From: Candidatus Omnitrophota bacterium
Lineage (GTDB): Bacteria > Omnitrophota > Gorgyraeia > Gygaellales > Profunditerraquicolaceae
DNA length: 64,000 nucleotides
Assembly (NCBI GenBank): GCA_022710715.1
Contig: JAKLGJ010000004.1
Location: forward strand, 166-64,165
Reading direction: 5' to 3'
This document shows positions 29,322 through 39,506 of the stretch, piece after piece. The position numbers were made by a program, and so were the translations under genes. Below the pieces are notes generated by a model. That model ran no database searches and had not been told where the DNA came from. It worked only from the letters and a program-made list of their open reading frames with translations. The first letter of the stretch is position 1; each line of letters begins with the position of its first letter.

Positions 29322-29437
29322 AGACAGGGGGAATATCCACAGAACCACCGGTCTCCGTAAAGCTTAAGGAGAAGCAAAAGTGCTTGGGATTTTTAGGGTT
29401 CGGCGGTATAATGATGGGTTAAAAGGTGCACGATACC

Positions 29438-30466
29438 ATGGATCTGACCAACTATTTCCTTGAACTGGTAACGGATAAGCGCAAAGGTTTTTTTGCCGCT
29501 TTAATCTCGTTTTTACTCTATTTGCTCTCCCTGCTCTATGGCCTGGCAGTGCGTTTCCTGGCTTTTTTCTACGCGATCAATCCCTATCGGGCCTCCTGTA
29601 AAGTGATCGGCGTGGGTAATATTACCCTGGGCGGTACCGGTAAGACTCCGCTGGTGGAATGGCTCGCCCGGTATGTGCGCTCGCAAAGAAAGAAGACGGC
29701 GATACTTACCCGGGGTTATGGCGGCGGGGATGAGCCGGCGATGCTGGCCGCGAAGCTGCCCGACGTTCCGGTGCTGGTGGATAAAGACCGGGTCAAGACT
29801 ATACGGCGGGCGATAAAGGATCATGGCGTGGATGCGGTTATCCTTGATGACGCTTTTCAACAGTGGCGCATTATCAAGGATTTGAATATTCTCACCATCG
29901 GCGTTGATCAGGGTTTTGGGAATCGGCATCTGCTTCCCCGGGGCGTGCTGCGCGAACCGCTTTCGGCGCTTACACGCGCCGATGTTTTTGTGCTGCATCA
30001 GGCCGGCCAGGCGCAGGATACAGCGACGTTGAGGTCGTTCTTGTCCCGGATTAACCCCCGCGCGGAAATTGTGGAGACCGCACTGGTGCCTACGGAGATC
30101 TTCCGATTGAATGCCGCCGGGCATCGGCTCGAACCCGGGATACTCAAAGGCAAGAGAGCCGGCGTTTTTTCCGGCATCGGCAATCCCGCGGCTTTTGAGC
30201 AGACGGTACGCGGTCTGGGAACCGCAGTGGCAGCGGTATACCGGTTCCGGGATCACCATATCTATACGCCCGCGGATATCAGCGTCATGCGTCAGGAGGC
30301 TCGCTCTCTCGATCTATTGATCACCACTGAAAAAGACGCGGTACGTTTCCCCGCGACGCTGGCGGCGGATCTGCCGTGCGCAGTGTATGTCGTGGCCGCA
30401 GAGATGAGAATAACGAACAATGAACAGGGATTCCGTCACCGATTATCTGGGTTGTTTGCTACTTAA
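29438..30466 (+). CDS. lpxK: Tetraacyldisaccharide 4'-kinase
   Basis: VIGVGNITLGGTGKTP P-loop and the LpxK length. Confidence 0.9.
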   Translation: MDLTNYFLELVTDKRKGFFAALISFLLYLLSLLYGLAVRFLAFFYAINPYRASCKVIGVGNITLGGTGKTPLVEWLARYVRSQRKKTAILTRGYGGGDEPAMLAAKLPDVPVLVDKDRVKTIRRAIKDHGVDAVILDDAFQQWRIIKDLNILTIGVDQGFGNRHLLPRGVLREPLSALTRADVFVLHQAGQAQDTATLRSFLSRINPRAEIVETALVPTEIFRLNAAGHRLEPGILKGKRAGVFSGIGNPAAFEQTVRGLGTAVAAVYRFRDHHIYTPADISVMRQEARSLDLLITTEKDAVRFPATLAADLPCAVYVVAAEMRITNNEQGFRHRLSGLFAT

Positions 30467-32366
30467 ATCCGCCGGCCCGTGTTTGCGGTTATTGCCGGTT
30501 GGTTTTGTTTTCTGGCTCGGCCGCCGGCTGGGGGATCTGGTGCATTTCTTTGACGCCAGGCATCGCACGCTGGTATACGCCAACTTGAAGACCGCTTTCG
30601 GCGGCACGCTGTCGCTTGCTGCGTTGCGCCGGATAACGCATGCTTTCTACCACAGCTTCGGCCAGAACATCATGGAGATTTTTCTCATCCCCCGGATCGA
30701 CCGGCGGTATGTCGATCGGTATATTACCATTGAGGGCAAGGAGAACATTGAAGCCGCTTTCCATAACGGCAAAGGCGTGATCTTCGTTTCGGTGCACGCC
30801 GGCAGCTGGGAATTATCCAATATCCTGTCCGCGAACCTCGGAGTGCCTTTCTGGATGTTTGTCCGGGAGCAGAAGCTTCCCCGTTTGAACCGGGTACTCA
30901 ACGAGTATCGCCGGCAGAGAGGGTGCCGTCTCCTGCAGAAAGAAAATCAGCTGCGTGAAGTGATCCGGGTGCTCAAGAGCAACGAAGCGATCGGGATGAC
31001 GCTTGACCAGGGAGGAAGAGACGGATTGCCGGTTGATTTCATGGGCCGGTCCGCGTCCATGGCTTACGGAGCGGTGCGGCTGGCGCTCAAATACGGCGCT
31101 GCGGTCGTTCCGGTATTTTCCACCCGTTTGCGGGGACCCCGGATCAAGATGATCATTCAACCGCCGGTTGTGCTGCAGCGCAGCGGCGACGAAGAAAAAG
31201 CGGTGCGCGATAACCTGCAGTCGCTGGTGCGGATATTCGAAGAGTATATCCGCCGGTATCCGCAGGAGTATCTCTGGTCCTATCGGATCTGGAAATATTC
31301 CGTCTGGCGGGAAGTGTTGATTGTAAGCGACGGAAAGACCGGTCATCTGCGCCAGTCGCAGGCTCTGGCGCAGCTGGTGAGCCGGCACTATCAGGCCAGA
31401 CAGATACAGACGCGTATGCGCACGGTTGAGGTGCGCTTTCGCGCGCCCCTCGTTAAGATGCTTCAGGCCTGCAGCAGTCTGTTTTCGAACCGGTTGACCT
31501 GTCCGGGATGTCTGCAGTGTTTGCGCCGGGCAGTCGATCCGGCGACGTTCCAACAGCTCTGCGGGGTCCGACCGGACATCATTATTTCCTGCGGCTCAAG
31601 CGTGGCGCCGGTGAATGCGTTGCTTGCCCGGGAGAATCAGGCCAAATCCCTGGCCATCCTCAAACCCGCTTTTCTGGATTTCAAGAAGTTCGATCTGGTG
31701 GTCATGCCGGAACACGACCATCCGGCGCGCAGGAAGAATGTGGTGGTAACGCAGGGCGCGCTCAATCTTATTACGCCGGAGTATCTGCGCGAACAGTCCG
31801 ATCAGCTTTCACCGCTGCTTGCCGCGCCGCCGGGGCAGGACGCGTGCATCGGCGTATTGCTGGGAGGCGACACCAAGCAATTCCGTCTTCCGCCGCAGAC
31901 GGTCCGGACAGTTCTGGAGCAGGTCAGGCAGTCCGCCGAAGCGCTCAATGTTTCTTTACTGGTAACAACGTCCCGCAGGACGTCGGCGCCCGTGGAAGCC
32001 GTAGCCAGGGAGGTTCTGGGCCGGGAAGAGCGCTGTAAACTGCTGGTGATCGCTAACGAACGCAATATTCCTGCTGCGGTAGGCGGTATTCTGGGAATGA
32101 GCCGGATAACGGTCGTTTCTCCGGAAAGTATCTCTATGATTTCCGAAGCGGCAAGCAGCAAGAATCATGTGATTGTTTTTACCGCTCCCGGGTTGAGCGC
32201 CCGGCATCAGACGTTTCTGCAGTCCTGTGCCGAAAAAAAATACATCTATCTGGCTGAACCGGACGAGGTATCCGGGGTCATCGCGATGATCCGGGCGCGC
32301 CAGCCGCAGACCGTGGCTTTACCCGATGCTCAACGGGTCAGTCAAGCGTTAGAAAGCGTGTTATGA
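30420..32366 (+). CDS. Lipid A late acyltransferase (LpxL/HtrB family) fused to a C-terminal ELM1/DUF1022-like domain
   Basis: The N-terminal 300 aa match the lipid A biosynthesis acyltransferase family (HAGSWE-type region, LDQGG). The C-terminal 340 aa (VLIVSDGKTGH...GVLLGGDTKQF...) resemble the ELM1 (mitochondrial fission ELM1 / DUF1022) family. Confidence 0.75.
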   Translation: MNRDSVTDYLGCLLLKSAGPCLRLLPVGFVFWLGRRLGDLVHFFDARHRTLVYANLKTAFGGTLSLAALRRITHAFYHSFGQNIMEIFLIPRIDRRYVDRYITIEGKENIEAAFHNGKGVIFVSVHAGSWELSNILSANLGVPFWMFVREQKLPRLNRVLNEYRRQRGCRLLQKENQLREVIRVLKSNEAIGMTLDQGGRDGLPVDFMGRSASMAYGAVRLALKYGAAVVPVFSTRLRGPRIKMIIQPPVVLQRSGDEEKAVRDNLQSLVRIFEEYIRRYPQEYLWSYRIWKYSVWREVLIVSDGKTGHLRQSQALAQLVSRHYQARQIQTRMRTVEVRFRAPLVKMLQACSSLFSNRLTCPGCLQCLRRAVDPATFQQLCGVRPDIIISCGSSVAPVNALLARENQAKSLAILKPAFLDFKKFDLVVMPEHDHPARRKNVVVTQGALNLITPEYLREQSDQLSPLLAAPPGQDACIGVLLGGDTKQFRLPPQTVRTVLEQVRQSAEALNVSLLVTTSRRTSAPVEAVAREVLGREERCKLLVIANERNIPAAVGGILGMSRITVVSPESISMISEAASSKNHVIVFTAPGLSARHQTFLQSCAEKKYIYLAEPDEVSGVIAMIRARQPQTVALPDAQRVSQALESVL

Positions 32367-34477
32367 ACATACTTCAGGTTTTACCGGAATTGCGTGTGGG
32401 AGGCGTCGAGCGGGGAACCGTTGACCTGGCTAAATACCTGGTTAAAATGGGGCATAAGGCGGTCGTGGTTTCCGCCGGAGGGGAGATGGTCAAGGATCTC
32501 GAAGCCCTGGGCGCTATCCATTATCAGCTGCCGGTGCATAAAAAATCGATCATCGATATGCTCAAGGTTGTGCCGCGACTTGAGGAAATCATCAAGAAGG
32601 AGAATATCGATATCGTTCATGCCCGATCGCGCATTCCCGCCTGGTCGGCGTTTCTGGCCAGTCGCCGGACCCAGCGGGTATTTATTACCACCTGCCACGG
32701 ATATTATACCAAGCACCTGTTCAGTTACGTCATGGGCTGGGGCAAGAAGGTCATTGTTTTGAGCAATGTCATTGCCCGGCACATGATCGAAGATTTCGGC
32801 GTGCCGCATGAGCGGATCCGTTTGATCCCGCGCAGCGTTGATAGTGAACGTTTCAGCTTTGTTCCTCCGTCGAAACGCAAGCACCGGGAATATAATATCG
32901 GCATTATCGGGCGTTTGACGCCGATCAAAGGACATCTGTATTTCCTCAAGGCCATGGCGCGCGCAGCGCGCATCATGCCAAAGCTCAAAATCTGGATAGT
33001 CGGTGACGCTCCTGCTTCCAAGGAGGCGTATAAAGAACAGATGCGGGTGTTGACCCGCCGGCTGGGGCTGTGGCATTGCACGGAATTCCTGGGCGCGCAA
33101 AAAGATATTCCTGAAATCATGCAGCATCTTGACGTGCTGGTGCTGGCGACTACTACTCAGGAGGCGTTCGGCCGGGTGATCGTGGAAGCGCAGGCGGCGG
33201 GAGTGCCGGTGGTGGCCACCAGCGTAGGAGGGGTTGTCGATATCATCGACGATGGGAAAACAGGATTGCTGGTCCCGCCGGCCGATCCGCAGGCGATGGC
33301 CGATGCAGTGGTACGTATCGGCAAAGACCCCGCGCTGGCCAATGCGCTCGCCGAACAGGCCTATGCGCGGGTCAAGGAGCGTTATGGCGTGGAGTTGATG
33401 GTGGAGCGGACGCTGGCGGTTTATCGCGAGGCTCTGGAGCAGACCAAGATTCTGGCGATCAAATTCAGTTCTCTGGGAGACATTATCCTTTCCACGGCGG
33501 CCGTGCGCGCGCTGCGCCAGCGTTTCCCCCGTCCGCGGTATTCCTTGAGCTTCCTGGTGGGAGCCGATTTCAAGGATATTCTACTGCGCAATCCCCATAT
33601 CGACGAGTTGCTGGTATGCGACTTCAAGAACAAGGATAAAGGGGTCAATGCGTTTACCCGCCTGGCTTCACTGCTGCGGCGCAAGCATTTTGACATGGTT
33701 ATCGATCTGCAAAACAACCGCCGCAGCCATCTTCTGGCGGCTTTGACCATGGCCTTGAAACGGTACGGGTATAATAATAAAAAATGGGGATTTTTGCTCA
33801 ACTACTCGGTAAAGGACGATGGCGCGGCTCTGGGGCCGGTGGAGCATCAGTTCCGTATCTTCAAACAGTTCGGGATGGACGCCGGGGCGGCAGCGCTGGA
33901 ATTGTTCCCTACCGCCGAAGATCAGAAATGCGTCGACGATTTTCTGGCTTCGCACTGGTTAAGCGCGCATCAGGTTGTTGTGGGCATCAACGCCAGTGCC
34001 AGCAAACGCTGGTCCAGCAAGGTCTGGCCGCGGGAGCATCTTATCCGGCTCTGCGAAGAACTCGGGCGGCGGGATATCCGGGTGGTGATCACCGGTACCG
34101 CAGATGACCGCTTTCTGGTGGAGCAGCTCCGGGTCACCGCTCCCGGGCTCAAGCTGATCGACAGCTGCGGCAAGTTGACCATCAACCAGCTGGCATGTTT
34201 GATCAAGCGCTGCCAGGTGTATATCTCCGGAGATTCGGCTCCCCTGCATGTCGCTGCGGCGATGGGCACGCCGTTTATCGCCCTCTTCGGGCCGACCGAC
34301 CCGCGCAGGCATTTGCCTCCTGCTTTGCAATGCGTGGTGATACATAAACAGCTCGGTTGCACCCCCTGTTATAAATCCAAATGCGCCCGGTTGAAATGCA
34401 TGAAAGCGATCACTGCCGAAGAGGTGCTCCGGGGGATAGATTCTTTGTTGTCATTATCGCAGGGTAAACGCCCATGA
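32363..34477 (+). CDS. Fusion of a GT4 glycosyltransferase (N-terminal) and a GT9 heptosyltransferase-like domain (C-terminal)
   Basis: N-terminus: GT4 fold with EAFGRVIVEAQAAGVPVVAT. C-terminus: ILAIKFSSLGDIILSTAAVRAL GT9 signature. Confidence 0.8.
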   Translation: MNILQVLPELRVGGVERGTVDLAKYLVKMGHKAVVVSAGGEMVKDLEALGAIHYQLPVHKKSIIDMLKVVPRLEEIIKKENIDIVHARSRIPAWSAFLASRRTQRVFITTCHGYYTKHLFSYVMGWGKKVIVLSNVIARHMIEDFGVPHERIRLIPRSVDSERFSFVPPSKRKHREYNIGIIGRLTPIKGHLYFLKAMARAARIMPKLKIWIVGDAPASKEAYKEQMRVLTRRLGLWHCTEFLGAQKDIPEIMQHLDVLVLATTTQEAFGRVIVEAQAAGVPVVATSVGGVVDIIDDGKTGLLVPPADPQAMADAVVRIGKDPALANALAEQAYARVKERYGVELMVERTLAVYREALEQTKILAIKFSSLGDIILSTAAVRALRQRFPRPRYSLSFLVGADFKDILLRNPHIDELLVCDFKNKDKGVNAFTRLASLLRRKHFDMVIDLQNNRRSHLLAALTMALKRYGYNNKKWGFLLNYSVKDDGAALGPVEHQFRIFKQFGMDAGAAALELFPTAEDQKCVDDFLASHWLSAHQVVVGINASASKRWSSKVWPREHLIRLCEELGRRDIRVVITGTADDRFLVEQLRVTAPGLKLIDSCGKLTINQLACLIKRCQVYISGDSAPLHVAAAMGTPFIALFGPTDPRRHLPPALQCVVIHKQLGCTPCYKSKCARLKCMKAITAEEVLRGIDSLLSLSQGKRP

Positions 34478-35592
34478 ATATACTCTATGTAACCACTCAT
34501 CTGAATATCGGCGGCATCACCAGCTATATCCTGACTCTGGCCAAAGGCTTCAAGAAAAGAGGCCACGCGGTTTATATCGCTTCCAGCGGAGGGGAGTGCC
34601 TGCCGAAGTTCACCGATGAAGGGATCGTGCATATCCCGATACCCATACGCACCAAGTCCGAAGCGCATCTGGTGAAACTGGGCTTGAGCCTGGTCCGGCT
34701 GAAGCAACAGGTCCGGGAAAAAGATATACAGCTGATTCACAGTCATACCCGGGTAACGCAGGTCCTGTGCACGCTGTTGGCTTCCCGCGCGCATATTCCG
34801 CACATCACCACCTGTCACGGATTTTTTAGGAACCGCATGTTCCGCCGGTTATACCCGTGCTGGGGGGACAGAGTGATTGCCATCAGCGATTCGGTCAAAT
34901 TCCATCTGATCGACGATTTTGGTTTGAAGGAATCGATGGTCCGGCTGGTCTACAGCGGGATCGATCTGGACCGGTTTATCATCCCGGCTGCGTCGGTACA
35001 GCGGGATAAGTATTCACTCAAACGCGCGCTGGGACTCGGGGGAGGGCCGGTTGTCGGGGCGATCGGCAGGTTATCCGATGTCAAAGGCTACCGTTATCTG
35101 GTGGAAGCGATGCCTGCGGTGCTCAAGTGTGTCCCCCAGGCGCAGTTGTTGATTGTCGGCGACGGCAGAGAATATTCCCACCTGGCGCGTCTGGCCGCCA
35201 GGCTGGGCATCGAAAAGAAAGTCACCTTTATCACCAAAGTATACGATACCGTCAAGGCGCTTTCGGTGATTGATGTATTTGCCATGCCTTCCTTGAAAGA
35301 AGGTCTGGGGTTGAGCCTGATGGAAGCGATGGCTGCGGGGCTGCCGTGTGTCGGCTCGGATATCGGCGGCATCCGGAATTTGATCACGCACCGGGAAAAC
35401 GGCCTGTTGGTGGAAGCGAAAAACAGCCCCAGGCTCGGCGAAGCGCTGGTGGAAGTGATCGAAGATGAAAAGCTGGCGCAGCGGCTGGGCGATACCGCGC
35501 GGACGTTCATCAACCACAATTTTTCGCAGGCCGAGATGCTCTTTCGGACAGAGGAGGTATACCGGGAATGTCTCAACAACGGACGCGGATAA
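34474..35592 (+). CDS. GT4 (group 1) glycosyltransferase
   Basis: EGLGLSLMEAMAAGLPCVGSDIGG motif; 372 aa. Confidence 0.85.
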   Translation: MNILYVTTHLNIGGITSYILTLAKGFKKRGHAVYIASSGGECLPKFTDEGIVHIPIPIRTKSEAHLVKLGLSLVRLKQQVREKDIQLIHSHTRVTQVLCTLLASRAHIPHITTCHGFFRNRMFRRLYPCWGDRVIAISDSVKFHLIDDFGLKESMVRLVYSGIDLDRFIIPAASVQRDKYSLKRALGLGGGPVVGAIGRLSDVKGYRYLVEAMPAVLKCVPQAQLLIVGDGREYSHLARLAARLGIEKKVTFITKVYDTVKALSVIDVFAMPSLKEGLGLSLMEAMAAGLPCVGSDIGGIRNLITHRENGLLVEAKNSPRLGEALVEVIEDEKLAQRLGDTARTFINHNFSQAEMLFRTEEVYRECLNNGRG

Positions 35593-36362
35593 TCAAACGG
35601 GCGGCGGTTATCGTCGCCGTTGTGGCGCTGATTGCTGGCGTGCTGTATGCGCGCGCCAAATACGTGCTGCCTATCGCTATGTATCATTCGGTTCAGCCGC
35701 AGGTCCCGGCGGGCAACCGTTTGATCGTTTCAACGCGCACCTTCGATCGCCAGATGGCATTTCTCAAAAAGCACCGGTACAACGTGCTTTCTCTTGAAGC
35801 GGCCGCCCGGATCCTCGCCGGCCACGCACGCATTCCTGCGCGGGCGGTGGTGTTGACGTTCGACGACGGCAATGAGGATAACTATATCTACGCGTACCCC
35901 ATTCTCAAGAAGTACGGATTGCCGGCCACGATATTCGTTATTGTGGAAGATATCGGCAAACCGGGCAGATTAACTTTGGCACAGATACGCGAAATGCGCG
36001 CTTCCGGTCTGGTTACATTCGGCAGCCATTCCCTCACGCATCCTTTTCTGGAACAGATCGATGATCCCGTCCGTTTGCACGCCGAGATAACCGGATCAAG
36101 AATACAGCTCGCGCAGCTGCTCGGCGAACCGGCGAACACTTTTTCCTATCCCTGCGGCAGGTTCAGCCCTACCGTCAGACAACTGGTGCAGGAAGCGGGG
36201 TACGCCGCGGCAGTAGTGACCAATCCGGGAAAGAATTGCGCCGATGATGATGTCTTCGCTCTCAAGCGACTGCGCATCTCCGAAAACGCCGCACACATGT
36301 TTATTTTCTGGGTAGAAATAAGCGGGTATTATAATGTCATACGGGAAAACCGTCATAAATAA
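35568..36362 (+). CDS. Polysaccharide deacetylase (CE4) family protein
   Basis: VVLTFDDGNEDNY NodB motif, an N-terminal transmembrane anchor and the HSxxH region. Confidence 0.85.
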   Translation: MSQQRTRIIKRAAVIVAVVALIAGVLYARAKYVLPIAMYHSVQPQVPAGNRLIVSTRTFDRQMAFLKKHRYNVLSLEAAARILAGHARIPARAVVLTFDDGNEDNYIYAYPILKKYGLPATIFVIVEDIGKPGRLTLAQIREMRASGLVTFGSHSLTHPFLEQIDDPVRLHAEITGSRIQLAQLLGEPANTFSYPCGRFSPTVRQLVQEAGYAAAVVTNPGKNCADDDVFALKRLRISENAAHMFIFWVEISGYYNVIRENRHK

Positions 36363-37416
36363 ACCTCCGGATACTCGTTTTCTCAACCAGCCCCGGCGTA
36401 TCGTGGTGTTCAATGTCAACTGGCTGGGGGACGTGGTTTTTTCTACCGCGGTCCTGCGTAACATAAAGTATAATTTCCCCGACGCGCATATCGCCTGTAT
36501 TATCCCGCCCCGCTGCCAGGCCGTGCTGGCCGGGAATCCACACCTTGATGAAATAATCCTGTTCGACGAACAGGGCAGGGAAAAAAGCCTGTGGGGTAAG
36601 ATCGCCTTCAGCCTGGCCTTACGGAAAAAGCGTTTTGATACCGCTTTCCTGCTGCACCGTTCGTTTTCCCGCGCGTTGATCGTTGCCGCAGCGGGGATAG
36701 CGCAGCGGGTGGGTTATTATACTTCCAAACGGGGATGGTTGTTGAGCCGCAGGATCATCGCTCCCGATCTATTGAGGGTTCACCGTATCGATTATTATCT
36801 CGGGGTGATTGCCGGCGCCGGGTTGGAGATCAAGGACCGGCACACGGAATTTTTTATTGCCTCCCGGGATGCCGAGTACGCACAACGTTTTCTCCGGGAG
36901 CAGGGTCTGGAGCGGTCCGGGGTTCTGGCGGCGATCAATCCCGGAGGTAACTGGGCGCCGAAGCGCTGGGCGAAAGAGTATTGGGCGCAGCTGGCCGAGC
37001 GGTTGATCAGCGAGTGCGGCATGCAGGTAATCATTACGGGCGGCGAACAGGATGCATCCCTGGCCGGGCAGATCCAGCAATTGATGGGCGCCGGACGGGT
37101 GATCAGCGCCTGCGGTAAACTGTCCCTGGGACAGTTTGCCGCGTTGTGCAAGCGGCTGCGTCTGTTCATCAGCGCCGATTCCGGACCATTGCACATCGCC
37201 AATGCCGCGGGGGCCGTCAGGATCATTGCGTTGTTCGGTCCGACCGCGCCGCTGCTTACCGGTCCGTATCCGGCTGACCGGGTCAGCGTTCTGCAGGAAG
37301 CGGTCGGTTGCACGATCCCCTGTTATCGGGTCGACTGTAACGATCATCGTTGCATGAACGCCATTACTCCGGAGAAAGTGATGCGGGCGGTTAAAACCTA
37401 TGTCCATCGCGGCTAA
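36334..37416 (+). CDS. GT9 ADP-heptose:LPS heptosyltransferase
   Basis: RIVVFNVNWLGDVVFSTAVLRNI N-terminal GT9 signature and C-terminal nucleotide-sugar fold motifs. Confidence 0.85.
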   Translation: MSYGKTVINKPPDTRFLNQPRRIVVFNVNWLGDVVFSTAVLRNIKYNFPDAHIACIIPPRCQAVLAGNPHLDEIILFDEQGREKSLWGKIAFSLALRKKRFDTAFLLHRSFSRALIVAAAGIAQRVGYYTSKRGWLLSRRIIAPDLLRVHRIDYYLGVIAGAGLEIKDRHTEFFIASRDAEYAQRFLREQGLERSGVLAAINPGGNWAPKRWAKEYWAQLAERLISECGMQVIITGGEQDASLAGQIQQLMGAGRVISACGKLSLGQFAALCKRLRLFISADSGPLHIANAAGAVRIIALFGPTAPLLTGPYPADRVSVLQEAVGCTIPCYRVDCNDHRCMNAITPEKVMRAVKTYVHRG

Positions 37417-39448
37417 ACATATTCTTTTTGTCACCTTGAGCAACATCGGCGACGTCGTGTTGACTTTACCGGTGATGGATCGGCTCAAGCAGATCTTTCC
37501 CGGGTGCCGGATAACGGTAGTGGTCAGTCCGCGCGCCCGGGACATCTTTGCGCAGGATGCCTCGGTAGAGCAGGTCATCGTGTATGATAAACATGCACCG
37601 CTGCGGGAAAAGTTCGCTCTTCTCAAGAAGCTCTCTGCCGGACGGTTTGATGCGGTCATAGATCTGCGCAACAGCCTGTTCGGCTATCTGGTGCCGGCGC
37701 GTTTAAAGTCGCGGAAAGCGTATCGACTGGCCCGCAGCGCGCATATGAAGGAGCGTCATCTTGCCGCCGTGTCCCATTTCCCGCATCAGACGCACGAGCC
37801 CCGCCCCGGCTGCCTGAATAGTTCTGCAGAAGAAATCGCCGGGGTGCAACGTCTGCTTGCCGGGTACGGTGTCAATGCCGGAGAAAAACCGGTACTGCTT
37901 TCAGCCGGTGCGCGCAGCCTGACCAAACGTTGGCCGAAGGAGCATTTTGCCGAACTGGCCCGCCGCTTGATCAAGGAACTGCGGGTGCGGGTTATCCTGG
38001 TAGGGGATAGCGCCGATGTCGAGAATAACCGCGGTATTGCCGCTGCCTGCAACGGCGTTATCGATCTCACCGGAAAGACGACGCTGCGCGAATTAATTGC
38101 GCTGGTGCGCATCGCGGAATTGATCATTACCAACGACAGCGCTACGTTGCATCTGGCAAGTTATCTTGACCGGTCGGTACTGGCGCTGTTCGGTCCTACG
38201 GACGAAGTTCGTTACGGACCCTGGTCGCGGCGCAAGCAGGCGATTTTCAAACATATTGCCTGCCGGCCCTGCCAGCAGGCGTTATGTCGCTTCGGTCATT
38301 GCTATTGTCTGACCAGTATCCGGCCGGACGCGGTTTTCCAGGCCGCCCGGCGTTTTCTGACCCAGCCCGGATTACCTGTCGGAGCGTTGCCCGGAGAGGA
38401 TGCCGTCCGGCGGATCCTGATCGTCCGCACCGACAAACTCGGCGATGTCATCCTTTCGACGCCGGTATTTCAGGCGTTGCGTGAAGCGTATCCGCGCGCC
38501 TATCTGGTGCTGCTGGTCCGTCCCTATACCTTCCCGGCGGTGAAGCACAATCCGTTTATCGACGAGATAATCCCCTATGACAAAGCCGGCATCGGCAGAA
38601 GCTGGTGGAAAACCCTGGGCATGGTCCGCGTCCTCCGGCAGCACCGGTTTGATCTGGCGGTTATCCTGCATCCATCCATCCGTAATCATCTGCTGACCTT
38701 CCTGGCCGGGATCCCTCATCGGGTCGGTTACAGCGGCAAAGGCAGTTTCCTGCTTACCGATACGCTCGAGAACAGCAAACATCTCGGAAAAAAGCATGAG
38801 ATCGATTATAATCTGGATCTTATCCGTTCTTTAGGCATCGAGCCCCAGCGGCCGGCATTGTTCCTGGGGATAGGTGCCGGTGAGCGGGAGTGGGCCGCGC
38901 AAGCGTTGGATCAGGCGCATATCCTGCCTGCGGATCGGCTGGTAATCCTCCATCCGGGCACCAATGATCCGTCGCGCACCTGGTTGCCGCAGCGGTATGC
39001 CGCGGTTGCCGATGCCGTCATTCAGCGCTGGGGGTGCAAAGTGATGGTTTTTTCCGGAGAGACGGATCGCGCAATCGCCGAACAGGTGCTTAAGGAAATG
39101 CGCGCTCCGGCCGTCAATATGATCGCCCGGGCCACGATCATGCAGGAAGCTGCGGTGCTGCAGCGAGCCGCAGTGTTCATTTCCACAGACACCGGGCCGA
39201 TGCATATCGCTTCCGCTCTGGGGGTACCGGTGGTCGCTCTTTTTGGCAGGAGAGATCCCGGCGTGGGGCCGCTGCGCTGGGGGCCGGTAAGCCCGCGCAG
39301 CCGGGTAGTGCAAAAAGATCCCGGTTGTCCGCAATGCTTCGCTCACCGGTGTACCCGGGGATTCCGCTGCTTGCAGGCGATCGAGGTTCAGGATGTGCTG
39401 CAAGCGGTCGAAGCGGTCCTGAACGGGGTTGAGCGCGCGCAATCCTAA
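37400..39448 (+). CDS. Tandem double GT9 heptosyltransferase (two complete GT9 modules in one polypeptide)
   Basis: Two copies of the N-terminal signature (ILFVTLSNIGDVVLTLPVM... and ILIVRTDKLGDVILSTPVF...), each followed by a GT9 C-terminal half. 682 aa. Confidence 0.8.
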   Translation: MSIAAKHILFVTLSNIGDVVLTLPVMDRLKQIFPGCRITVVVSPRARDIFAQDASVEQVIVYDKHAPLREKFALLKKLSAGRFDAVIDLRNSLFGYLVPARLKSRKAYRLARSAHMKERHLAAVSHFPHQTHEPRPGCLNSSAEEIAGVQRLLAGYGVNAGEKPVLLSAGARSLTKRWPKEHFAELARRLIKELRVRVILVGDSADVENNRGIAAACNGVIDLTGKTTLRELIALVRIAELIITNDSATLHLASYLDRSVLALFGPTDEVRYGPWSRRKQAIFKHIACRPCQQALCRFGHCYCLTSIRPDAVFQAARRFLTQPGLPVGALPGEDAVRRILIVRTDKLGDVILSTPVFQALREAYPRAYLVLLVRPYTFPAVKHNPFIDEIIPYDKAGIGRSWWKTLGMVRVLRQHRFDLAVILHPSIRNHLLTFLAGIPHRVGYSGKGSFLLTDTLENSKHLGKKHEIDYNLDLIRSLGIEPQRPALFLGIGAGEREWAAQALDQAHILPADRLVILHPGTNDPSRTWLPQRYAAVADAVIQRWGCKVMVFSGETDRAIAEQVLKEMRAPAVNMIARATIMQEAAVLQRAAVFISTDTGPMHIASALGVPVVALFGRRDPGVGPLRWGPVSPRSRVVQKDPGCPQCFAHRCTRGFRCLQAIEVQDVLQAVEAVLNGVERAQS

Positions 39449-39456
39449 AAAACCTG

Positions 39457-39484
39457 TTGACAAAGTATGGTCGGGTGCTATCAT
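39457..39484 (+). promoter_or_regulatory. Sigma70-like promoter TTGACA-N16-TATCAT immediately after the LPS operon stop
   Basis: Consensus -35 and a good -10 read from the sequence. The predicted transcription start (about 39491) is only ~15 nt before a strong terminator. Confidence 0.4.
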
Positions 39485-39506
39485 AACAACCTAACTGCTG
39501 TGGACA

